A stretch of 59,813 nucleotides of DNA, filler included, from Jimgerdemannia flammicorona (taxonomy: Eukaryota): assembly GCA_003990765.1 (NCBI GenBank). It is 3 parts of 3 records of this genome, joined end to end, with 100 filler letters (N's around TTAATTAATTAA, not from the genome) between each part and the next. Parts side by side here need not be neighbours in the genome. Positions count along the whole stretch, not along the records: positions 1 to 19,877 come from RBNJ01001819.1; positions 19,978 to 39,846 come from RBNJ01001820.1; 1 more part is not named here. One strand, given 5' to 3'. The notes below the pieces were generated by a model. It did not search any database, was not told where the DNA came from, and saw only the letters and a program-made list of their open reading frames with translations. Below, piece by piece: positions 12,801-22,911 of this stretch (positions are counted from its first letter, which is position 1; each line of letters begins with the position of its first letter). A program made the position numbers and the translations under genes.

Positions 12801-15800
12801 ATGATCTCTTACTGATCCTCACAAATTGCCCTCCAGATTCAATCACTATTCACACTGCTGCAGAAAAGGTCCACTCTTTCTGCTGCCACTTTCCTGATGT
12901 CTGCCATCCTGCTCTCATCAACAACATATCCTTCATCATTCAGAAGAGCTGCTACCATTGCCATCACCAGCTTAGGCCCCTACATTACAACATTGAGAAA
13001 TCCCTCCCATGCCTCCTGAGATCCATGAAATACATCCACTTCCTTGATGTCTTCCTCAGCAAGTTCCTCAAGCACTGCCTGATACCAGCTCTCTTCTGTT
13101 ATTGCCAGGGGCCCAGGAGTCAATTGTCTGGGAGTCCTGCTCAGCTCTTGCAGTTGCTCCCTATCTGCTGACACATCTGAAGCCACATCTACCAGCTCAT
13201 CCTCCTCTGCAACCTTCTCCAAATATACCACCTCACCAGCCTCAGGGCATTCCCAATGAATATTCGCCACCCCAGCCATATGGGTGTCCTCAACCTACAT
13301 CTCTGGCACCACTTCAATATCTGCCTCAAAGCCTCTTTCTCCCACCTCCTCCTTATCTGCTCACTTTTCTTTCACTGGCACATGTGTGGAGCTCTCCACA
13401 CCACCCAGCTGGGAGAAAGATACCTCTGCCACTTCCATGCCCTCCATTTGATTCTTGGCCACCTCTACCCTTACCTCCTCTTCTACTGCTACCCTTTGAA
13501 GGGCTGTCTGCAGATGCTCTCAATTTCCTTTCTTCCATCTCTTCTGCTTGCCATCTGCCTGAATCCAGACCCAATCCTTGGTAAACTCTTCCCACTTCCT
13601 CTTTCATAACTCCTTTGCAGCCTCTCGCTCCTTCAGAGCAATTGCCAACTCTTCCTCCTCCTGTTCTGCCCCCTTCCTCCTCCATACCTTACACTCTTGC
13701 CCTCCAATTCGAATTCCTTCAGGCCAATCTCATCCCAGACCAGTCACCTCTTTGCCATCCAGTTGCAGCATCACCTCGCAGTTGCCATTTCTCAGTTTGG
13801 TACCCTCCCAGAAAATGAACCTGAAATCCACCATCTCACCATAGCCCCCCAGCGCCTCCACCACCATCTCCTTGGTCTCCTGTCTGCCCAGAGTTGGCAA
13901 ACCCTCCACCACCAGTCAAACAGCTCATGGGTCCCACCTCAAACACCTTGTCATCCCAATCTGAACACCCTTAACTATCTTCCCTTTCTCCAGTGCCTTC
14001 ACCATTGCATCCTCCTCCACAAATCCAATCTCCACAGCCTCTGCCAAAGGGATGAACTTCAAGGATTCTGCCCCAGCCACTTTCTCTTCCACTAGCCTCA
14101 GAACCTCCCTAGCTGACATTGCCAATCCCAGAAAATTCACTGAAACTGCCCATATCAATACTAATTTGTAAAAGAAGGGCCTCACCACCAACTTGCCTAT
14201 CCCAGCCACTAGAGTCACCTTCCCCTTAGTCCCAGAAACACCAGTGGTCACCTCACCAGTCATGGCTGTGCCACTGGCCCAGCCACAGAAGAACCAGTCT
14301 CCAGCATTACACTACCAGACCTCTGTCCCCTGCCAGCCATCTGACCTGTCACCTGACCCATCACCTGACCCCTCCTCCTGTCAAAACTATGCCCCCTCTG
14401 CTCCACCCCAAGGGCCTGGCCACAGCCCTCCTGCTTCCAACCACAGTATGCCAAGCCTCGATTCCACTAGACCTCCCCTGACCACCAGTCTCTCCTGCAG
14501 CCATACCAGCCCCTGCAATAGCTGCAAAGCTCTTGAGAATACTCAGACCAGGCCTCCTCCTCTCCAGATACTGAGAGCTAGAGGAACATTGTCTAGCCAT
14601 GTCACCAAAACTCAACAGTTTTTGCTGAAACTTATTGTGCCTTGTAGATAAACTCCTGCTACATAATATATACCAGTATGCTTGAAATAAAAACTTGTAA
14701 ATATATTGCCTTTCACTAAAAGATGTCTGTGTGACTTAGCTTGCTCCAGGTGGTTTGAGCAAAAGAAGTCCCCCACAGTCTGTGTCTTTCTCAATACCTC
14801 TAATACTTCATCTAAAGACACCTTACCAATTACCACCTCCCCTATCTCAGATAATGCTGTCACTGGCCAATTGTTCACCATATTGTCATTATCCTCCCAA
14901 AGCACTGCATCCTCAGCATGCTTCTCTCTATCCTGCCAGAGAGCCTGCCATTGTCCTGAGATCTCTCCCAATATATCAGCAATCTCTGAGACCTCTACTC
15001 TATCTTTGTGCAACACTGAGGCCCAGCTGTATCATACTCTTCTGGTCTTTAAAATGCCAGAAAGATATTTAGTTGACCTCTCTCCTTCCTCCAACTGCCT
15101 AGCCCACAATATGGCTAGCAGACCATCTACTATCCTGTTCTCAGTTACTCTCAAATCTGCCTACAACTCTGCCACCTCAACTGCCAACTGGTGGCATATC
15201 TCTCCAGACAAGTTCCCCCCTTCTATTAGCTTCAATCACCACTGCAGCCACTTTTCTACTCTCCTTTCCTTGTCCTTCTGTGCTTTCCCAGCCACTTCTC
15301 CAACATTATCCCAGTAAGTACCTGCCAAATATTTGAATTTGCCCCACCATTCTGCTATCAACTGCCCATCATTCTGCTATTGTACTACCTTCTGTCTCAC
15401 AATAGCCACAAATTGTTCCCTCTCCTTCTTCCTCCTGAGTAAAGCCACATTGAGACACCAGTGCCCTCTATCACTGCCTACTACTTGGAATCTACCACAC
15501 ACCCCTACTCTCAAATGATCTGACCAAGGGCACCAATATACCTCTGCAATGTCCAGCACATTGCCCAAACACTTGACTACTAGCACTCAATCAATTTGTA
15601 TCCCAACCAATCCTTTACTGACTGGGTGCCACTGAGTGAAAGATCCTGACTTATCTCCCTGTTCCTGATGGACACCATCTACCAGTCCTATGTCATGCTC
15701 CACCTGAAGCCATTGAGACAGTCCAGAGGACACCATAACTCCTGCTCCACCATCTGACCTATCTAGTGTTCAATTATGCACCATATTGAAGCCCCCCTCC

Positions 15801-18264
15801 AGAATATTCAATACAACCACCTCCTGACCTTCCCAAGCCTGCCAGCTCTCAACCCATTGCTTTTGCTCTCTGCCTACAGCAGAGAGATAAACTGAGCCTA
15901 CTGCCAAACTATCCCCTGTCCCTCCTTTTAGTCTTCCCCACACCAATCTGTCACCATAGACCTCAACCTCCACTAGCTCACCTTTGTCTATATCAACCAA
16001 GATGCCCACCTACTTGTTCCAACCTGCTCCACTATACCATTCTTTACTCCATACCTCATAGTCTTGCTCTCTATAAGCCTGAACATCCTGAAGAAAAACA
16101 ATATCATATCTTCTGACTTTAAGCCATCAGAATAGCCACCATCTCTTAACACTATCATGCAATCCATTGACATTAATTGATAAGATGTGTAAACTGTTCA
16201 TCATCATCAAAGAAATTGTTTAAAGCTCAGCTGGGACTGCCACCACTTTCTCAGCCCTTCCTCTAATAATCTCTCACTAGTCCTCACAAATTGTCCTCCA
16301 GATATAATCATCATTCACACTGCTACAGAAAAGATTCACACTTTCTGCTGCTATCTTCCTGATGTCTGCCATTCTGCTCTCATCAACTTCAATCCTTCAT
16401 CATCCAGAAGAGCTGCCACCATTGCTATTACCAGCTTGGGCTCCTTTATTGCAATATTGAGAAATCCTTCCCATGCCTCCTGAGACCCATGAAATACATC
16501 TACTTTCTTGATGTCCTCCTCTGTAAGTTCCTCAAGTACCACCTGATACCAGATCTCTGCTGTCTTTGCCAGGGGCCCAGGAGTTAATGATCTAGGGGTC
16601 CTGCTCAACTCTTACAGCTGCTTACTATCTGCTGACACATCCAAGGCCACATCCACCAACTTATCCTCCTGCACAACCTTCTCCAAATATACTACCTCCC
16701 CAGTCTCAGAGCACTCCAAATGAACATTATGTGCTTCAGCCATATGGGTGTCCTCTATCTGAGTCTCTGGCATTACTTCAATATCATCTCCAAAGCCCCC
16801 TTCTCCCACCTCTTCCTTATCTGCCCACTTTCCTCTTATCAGCATATATGCTGAGCTCTCCACACCACCCAGTTGGGAGAAGGACACCTCTGCTACTTCT
16901 ACTCCTTCTATCTGATTCTTGGCCATCTCTACTCTCACCTTCTCTTCCACTGCTGCTCTCTGAAGAGCTGTCTGCAGATGCTCTCAATTCTCTTTCCTCT
17001 ACCTCTTCTGCTTGCCATCTGCTTGAATCCAGATCCAATCCTTGGCAAACTCTTTCTACTTCCTCTTTTGCAACTCCTTAGCAGCCTCTCTCTCCTCCAG
17101 AGCAATTGCCATCTCTTTCTCCTCCTGTTATTCTCCTTTCCTCCTCCACTCCTTGCACTCTTGTCCTCTAATCCAAATCCCCTCAGGCCAATCCTGTCCC
17201 AGCCCAGTTACCTCCTTGCCTTCCAGTCACAGCATTACCTCACAGTTGCTATTCCTCAATTTAGTTCTCTCCCAAAACATGAATCCAAAATCCACTATCT
17301 CACTATAGCTACCCAGTGCCTCCACCACCATCTCCTTGATCTCCTGTCTGCCCAGAGTTAGCAGGCCTTCTACCACCAGCCAGACAGCATATAGGTCCCA
17401 CCTCAAACACCTTGCCATCTCAATTCAGATGCCCTTGACAGTCAGCCCTTTCTCTAGTGTCTTCATCATTGTATCCTCCTCCACAAATCTAATCTCCACT
17501 GCCTCCACTGATGGGTGAACTTCAAGGACTCTGCCCCAGCTACTTCATCCCCCACCAGCCTCAGAACCTCCCAAGCTGACATTGCCAATCTCAGGATATT
17601 TGCTAAAACTACCCATATTGATACCAACTTGTGAAAAAAGGGCCTCACCACTAGCTTGCCTGTCCCAGTCACCAGAGTCACCTTCTCTTTGGTCCTGGAA
17701 ACACTAACAGTCACTTAATCAGCCACTACTGCACCACTAGCCATCCTCTCTCCAGACACTGGTCCAGCCACAGAAGAACTAGTCCCCAATGTCACACTAC
17801 CATACCCCTGCCCCCTCAGACATCTGACCCATCACTGGACCCATCATCTGACTCCTCCCTCTGTCAATACTATGCCCCCTTGTCCCACCCTTAAGGGCCT
17901 GGCTGCAGCCCTCCTGCTCCCCACCACCATATACCAGGCCTCGATTCCACCAGATCTCCCCTGATCACCAGCCCCTCCAGCAGCTATGCCAGCCCCTGCA
18001 ATAGCTGCAAAACTCTTAGGGAGGCAAAGACCAGGCCGTCTCCTCTCTAGATGCTGAGAGCTAGAGGAACCTTGACTAGCCATGTCACCATAACTTGACA
18101 GTTTGCACTGAAACTTATTGTGCCTTGTAGATAGACTCCTGCTACACAATGTACACCAGTTTTATCGAAATAAAAACATGAAAACATATTGTCTTTCACT
18201 GAAAGATATCAGTATAGCTTGGCTCACTCTGAGTGGTTTGAGCAAATGAAGTCTCTCCATGACC
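6776..18264 (-). mobile_element. Full-length degenerate L1/Tx1-like LINE (outer element), split into 3' half 6776-9209 and 5' half 14776-18264 by a nested copy
   Basis: Poly(T) at 6776-6873 and ~6889-6909. RT motifs at 8500-9200 (FLDQEK, GVP*VDPLSP, AFADN). Endonuclease at 15500-16207 (GGFNM, WSDH). ORF1 starts MASQGSSSSQ...KSFAAIAG at ~18083. Candidate TSD tcactgatatcac (6763-6775) / tcactgacatcac (18265-18277). Confidence 0.88.
9210..14775 (-). mobile_element. Nested LINE of the same family (ORF1 + ORF2), 5'-complete but lacking its 3' end and poly(A)
   Basis: Flanked by the direct repeat CAGTCTGTGT (9200-9209 and 14776-14785). ORF1 ~14600->12756. ORF2 from ~12743 reads MMNSLHILLINANGL...DIVFLQ, then FLGGDFNM, WSDH, FLDQEKAYDRV and LGAFANN. 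Confidence 0.9.
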
Positions 18265-18399
18265 TCACTGACATCACACTTACTTTCTGTTAAGTGAAAA
18301 GTATTTTGCTATTAATTAGTATTTACAGATAATGAGTTGGTGGATTTGGTAGTTGTGGAACTGCTTGTAGATCTCATGCTGGCAGAACTGTCAGTAGAA

Positions 18400-19877
18400 A
18401 TGGTAGGTGGGGACATCATTGAAACAATTGTCCCTACAGGTGGTATCTGGGCATCTTTCTTTCTGTATATGGATCTGTCTTGCCATGAGTGTGGGGGGAG
18501 AGGAGGGTAGCCATTTGGGGGGAGGCCCTTCAAGGTTGGGGGGGGCGCTACATTTCTCTGGCAGGGTGGGTGTCAATTCTGAATGTCTACTAATTTCCCA
18601 AGCTATGGTATATGGCATATCACCTAGACTTCCCAGCTTGGGTGGTGAAGAGGTTGATGAAGATGGCTAGAGATTGGATTTGGGCTGGGAGGAGGTCCCA
18701 GATCAGTTGGGATACCCTTGCAACTCTGGTGGTTAGAGGAGGACTAAGCCTTGTGGATTTCCCTAAGAGGTTGCACTACCTGCAAGCTTGGTGGTTGAAG
18801 AGAGCTGTTGAATTGCAGGGAGGGGATTGGGTGCCACTGCTGTAGAGGGTGTGGGAGATGAGATTCTCCCCTCAAGGGTTCTTGGGAAATTTGCTCATGC
18901 TGGTGGGGCTGAATGGATGTCAATGGCTGTGGTTTAAGAGCTTCTGGTGGGGGGTGGTAGATGGAGTACACTGAATAGACCTGTGCTGGTGGGGCAATGA
19001 GGGAGAGGTGCCTTGGAGTCCGAATATATGGCAATGGGACAGATTGCTTCTGGGGGATACTCTGTTTGCTGAGTTTGACATTGGGGATGGAGTGGAGTAT
19101 CAGCAGAGTTTTGGCCAGAATCTTTGGCCAAGTGGATGGCAGGTGGCAAGGATTGGCGAGGAGTGGGACTGGGCAGGTGTCTGGTCATGGAGTGCTGAGG
19201 TGTGAAAGTGGCTTCCTCCCAACTTCTGAGTGATATAGTAGTGGATTCTGTGGAGGAACATCATGTTGAATTTCCATGCAGGGCATTTGGTGGATGGTGG
19301 CTGATTAGATTGTGAGGAGTATTATAATGTAGGGCAAGTTGGGGGATTTGTGCAGATACCAGAACATTGGCTGGGAGAGTGTGAGGTGCTGGGGACTTTT
19401 GGATAGAAGTAGGAAATCAGCTGGATGTAGAGCAGAGGCTGGATGATGAGCAAGGCCACTGGGAGGATTTGAAATCTCAGCTAGTGGGTGGTGTGGGTAA
19501 TAGTTGGCTCACTGTAGGGTGGGTTTTAGTGGTGTGGATAGGATTAGCTAGACATTGGCTCTTTGTCTTTGAGGAGGGGCAATAGTTGGGTTTACAGAAG
19601 AAGTTGTTGAGGTGAGAGAGATTGATGGAGGATCTGCTGTCTGGGTGGTGGGTGGATTGGGGTCCCCAGAGTGGGCGATGTTGTGGTCTGGTGGAAGGGA
19701 TCTGTGAACAGAGTAGTGGGCAGGTGGCAATGGTGTTAGACAAAGTAGTCTTTCATTGAGTGGTGGTGGGGGAGAGGGGTCCCCCTAGGGGGATTGGGTA
19801 AGAGGTGTGCTCAGTCTATTTGTATGAGATAGATTGGTGTATTAATAAAGAAAGGAGTCCAAGAGACTATAAAAAAA
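18400..19877 (+). mobile_element. 5'-truncated LINE (post-RT region and 3' end), related to the 1075-4634 copy
   Basis: YLGIF...ISLAGWVSILNVY*FPKLWY...WIWAG...GGLSLVDF. AATAAA at ~19844, then gactataaaaaaa at the contig end. Confidence 0.85.
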
Positions 19878-19977
19878 NNNNNNNNNNNNNNNNNNNNNNN
19901 NNNNNNNNNNNNNNNNNNNNNTTAATTAATTAANNNNNNNNNNNNNNNNNNNNNNNNNNNNNNNNNNNNNNNNNNNN
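19878..19977. other. Artificial contig linker (44 N + TTAATTAATTAA + 44 N)
   Basis: Identical in structure to 39847-39946. The 12-mer carries stop codons in all six frames. Confidence 0.97.
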
Positions 19978-22204
19978 TGATGAGACTTTCCAACAGATAA
20001 ACCGCCAATTCCGTCCAGTCGATACGATTCCGTAAACTGCGGGTAGAACTGGCTCACGCTTTCGTTTAAGTTTCTGAGAAGTGACAGAATAAAGTTGGAA
20101 ATCAGACAACGGTGAGAGAATAAACGAATTATGGATAAGGCAAAAATTGATACCTCAGAAGCAGTATGCAACTGAACAAGATTTTGTGCTACTCCTTGAG
20201 GAAATGACAGCATTTTGACCTCGGTAACTAAGATGGCAAAAGTCAAAAGCAAAATCGCATAGTCCACTTTCCCGAACCCGAGACTTCCATTGAGTTCATG
20301 CTCGACTGCTAACTTCAGCTTAAGTGTTGGATTCTGGTTAAGGTTAAGTTTGCATACTGCTGTGATCATGAACGGATTGATAAAATTTCTTGACGTGGCT
20401 TCGTTTCTAGCAACGTCGCCATTGAAAGCTTCGAAAATGTTCCTTAAGTTTTGGATGAATGCAGTCGTTTCAGATTCGGTGAAATCAATTGCATGCTCCG
20501 TAAGAAGTTTTTCTTTGGTAGTATGGGGCATGAATTCGTTAGAACAATTTATACGCTACTATACCAAAGGCTGATTTATATAAAGAGAGTTTACCTATAT
20601 CCAGAGGGGGCAAATCAGTATAATCTTGAATCTCGGAATTTAAGACATCTTTAAGAACTTTGATTGACCACTTATTATATGCCTTCTTTGCTGTTAAAGT
20701 GGTCACAAGAGATTTATGAGCGCTCTCGGCAACCGAAGGCTCAAGAAAACAGTTGATTGAGTATACGTACGAGTCTGAAAATCGACGGTAAATTTCTTAA
20801 TTTCTGACTCCGCAAAAGCTTTAAGTGTCGTTCGCAGGTCTGTATCATCCACCATGATTATACTCTCCTTGTCGACGAAAATCACGACTCTGGCGTTTTC
20901 GGCCTCTTCCGTCATCTCAGGGTAATTCGCGGTAATTTTATTAATGAGATCGTTGATGGTGCATTCGTTGGTGTTCACGTACCAAGCAAATGTCGTCGTC
21001 GTTTTAGGCTTGCCAATAATGTGAAAAGCTTAAATAATAAATAAATAAATTAATAAATAAGTAAATGGTGAAATAAATGAAAATTATGCCAAAAAGCAAG
21101 TCATACTTTGGATTTGGCGGCGTTTGGAGGATTCCGCTTGGTTCGCTTGAAGTGTAATTCAAAAATAGATAGAAGTGCAATGTAGATAGATTAGTGGTGA
21201 ATGTCACAAGCCAGACACAAGCCTTCTAAGAGTGATCGAGAAGTATGTGACAAATGCCAGACACAAAACCCTCTAAAAGCAATATGACGTATTCTTTTCA
21301 TTTCCTTATTCCCGTTGTCTCCCATCCAATTAAACTATGGCTTACCTATACGAACGAATAAATTATTGATGTGAGAAGTGCAATGTAGATAGATTAATGG
21401 TGAATGTCACAAGCCAGACACGTGAGAGGTAACAATCGTGAAAGCATGAGGGGATGGATGAATAGAATGGGATAATAAGAGTGAGACGGGAATGAACGGA
21501 CAATATTGTTGGATGATAAGATGGATCAAGTAATGATGTAGACAGATGAAAGATGGCAAAAAGAGTAATCGTTATGACGCGATGTAAACGGATGGATGGA
21601 GAGAAAGTCAGGGCGTCTCCTTTTTTCAGAGCACTATAGAAAGATGGGTGGATGAATGGAAACGAGTGAACACGATAATCCATACCCTTTAGTTTTTCGA
21701 CGTGTCCGGCGATGACGGACGCCGGTCCGCGTTTCATCTCATCAGCCATAAGGTCATCCTTCGTCAGCGTTAGGAACGAATGGCCTCCAATTCTTTGCGC
21801 TATCAAAATGTCGAAGTCTTCTTGCAGAAGTTCACCAGGGAACGTTTCTTGAAGGTGTTGGATAATCTTTTTTGTATCCCATTTTTCGATATCGGTGGCT
21901 GGAGGTAATTGTGCGGCTGTGGAAGATCTTCCGAGGGCCTGCACAAGGGAAGCCTGCGCAGCGGAAGAGCTCACAGAAACCTGCGTACAGTCAGTGGCAA
22001 ATAGCTAAAAGCTCAACTGCGGCATAGTTTATATCGAGAAGACGTACTTCGCCCTTGGTAGTTGTTATCCCTTTACCCTACGGAACAATGTATGTGGGTG
22101 AGCACGGAAACCAACGCTGAGAAATATAATCAATATAATCCTTTGCAAGATCGATACCAGGAACTAGCTAGACGCGACTATCGCACCTTGGACGATCTTT
22201 CCAT
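19978..22204 (-). CDS. Crinkler-like (CRN) protein with SAM-like domain, ubiquitin-like domain and PD-(D/E)xK REase domain; spliced, 3' end cut by contig end
   Basis: Phase-consistent exons 22204-22187, 22077-22048, 21980-21686, 21145-21107, 21028-20771, 20690-20595, 20512-20154 and 20073-19978, all with GT-AG introns. SAM-like IEKWDTKKIIQHL...IGGHSFLTLTKDDL...GPASVI; Ubl-like FAWYVNTNECTINDL...FQTPKKAYNKW; REase NEATSRNFI, ELNGSLGFGKVDY, VTEVK, QGVAQNLVQL, KRKR, VYGIVSTG..WRF. The first two exons are less certain. Confidence 0.82.
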
Positions 22205-22229
22205 ATTCTCTCGCAATTGGATGATTCTT

Positions 22230-22911
22230 GTAATGGCGTTGGCTTTTCTTTCAGTGTTGTTGCATCTGAGGAAATTGTCGCAATCCTTTCTTTTCATGCC
22301 CCCTATTTCGAGGGTCTTGTTCTTTGCTGTGCACAGACTGAATTCGCCTTGGAATTCAGGTTCAATGGGTTTACTTAAGTTTTTGGGGATTTATATACCA
22401 GTTTCAGTTCTGGCAGAAGATAGCTAGGCTTCTGGAGTTTAGTCAAAAATACTAGAGTCACTTAGATATCATTACTAAGACTTAAGGGAATGTGTGTGTG
22501 GAGAAGACTTGATTCTTGTATCAAGGACTGAACTAAAACTGCTTTATTTCCAATGGAAATTGGGGGGTATTTATACAAGTTGGTCCACGATTTCTGACTA
22601 AGTATGAGTGACTAATTTGGTAACTATAATGAGGTTTGTGATCGCGACCTTTGTCAGGTGGTTTTTGGTAAAAACAACTTTGTGATCAGGACCTCAATTA
22701 CTAGGCAATGATCAGCTACTGTGGCAACTGTTGCTGCGGCGCCGATTGTTGGGGATAAGCTGGATATCGTTTTCCGCGTCGTTTCGCATCGTTCGTCATT
22801 CATAATTCGTATGTCGCGCTTCGTTCGTATGATGACGTCATCGCCGCCGGATCACGTGATCGCTCGTCTCGTCGCGTTCCATCTGTTCGCTTGCTCGTTC
22901 ATTCTATTACA
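22230..22911 (-). mobile_element. LTR-like segment with a CpG-rich U3-like part, interrupting the Gypsy RNase H and lying just upstream of the CRN-like gene
   Basis: Begins TGTAATAG at 22911 immediately after RNase H AEINYAT. TATAAATACCCCCC at ~22575 and AATAAA at ~22549. The 3' boundary is uncertain and no TSD was found. Confidence 0.5.

Noticed and set aside
11027..17518. Many plus-strand Ser/Pro/Leu-rich ORFs
   Set aside because: They are antisense shadows of the minus-strand LINE ORF1/ORF2.
19922..19933. TTAATTAATTAA palindrome as a biological site
   Set aside because: It is centred in N runs and repeated exactly at 39891-39902, so it is an assembly linker.
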